Notes under the pieces: generated by a model
What the model saw: only the letters and a program-made list of their open reading frames with translations
Database searches by the model: none
Told to the model about the DNA's origin: nothing
Assembly: GCA_024137785.1 (NCBI GenBank)
Contig: JAHRHZ010000074.1
Coordinates: 3,868,183-3,932,182, forward strand
Source of the DNA: Ginglymostoma cirratum
Taxonomy: Eukaryota
Direction of reading: 5' to 3'
Length of the DNA: 64,000 bases
Part shown: piece after piece, positions 63,964 to 64,000 of the stretch
Position numbering within the stretch: the stretch's first letter is position 1
Layout: every line of letters begins with the position of its first letter
Program-made: the position numbers and the translations under genes

Positions 63964-64000
63964 GAGATAACAGGTGTAGAGCTGGATAAACACAGCAGGC
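63964..64000 (-). mobile_element. Penelope-like terminus running off the window edge
   Basis: Reverse complement gcctgctgtgtttatccagctctacacctgttatctc matches 27292-27329. Confidence 0.7.

Overview
Eukaryotic genomic DNA, most likely from a shark (inferred from HE1-like and SacSINE-like SINEs plus CR1 and Penelope repeats). The whole window lies inside one + strand gene, myomesin-1 (MYOM1). I traced 23 consecutive coding exons by hand (199..62490). They give 3439 nt with compatible splice phases and encode the end of My1, Ig My2-3, FN3 My4-6, the EH segment, FN3 My7-8 and Ig My9-10; the start and stop codons lie outside the window. Highlights: (1) a 492-nt symmetric EH exon carrying eight ~10-aa charged His/Gly-Pro tandem repeats; (2) a GC-AG intron; (3) many Penelope-derived termini with minimal hammerhead-ribozyme cores. 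The latter include ~125-bp units, a fold-back unit and a 23-bp stub, each flanked by clear target-site duplications. The introns also hold decayed CR1-type LINEs, tRNA-derived SINEs, Harbinger remnants and a probable solo LTR. All coordinates were read by eye; repeat boundaries are approximate and repeat family names come from recall, not from a database search.
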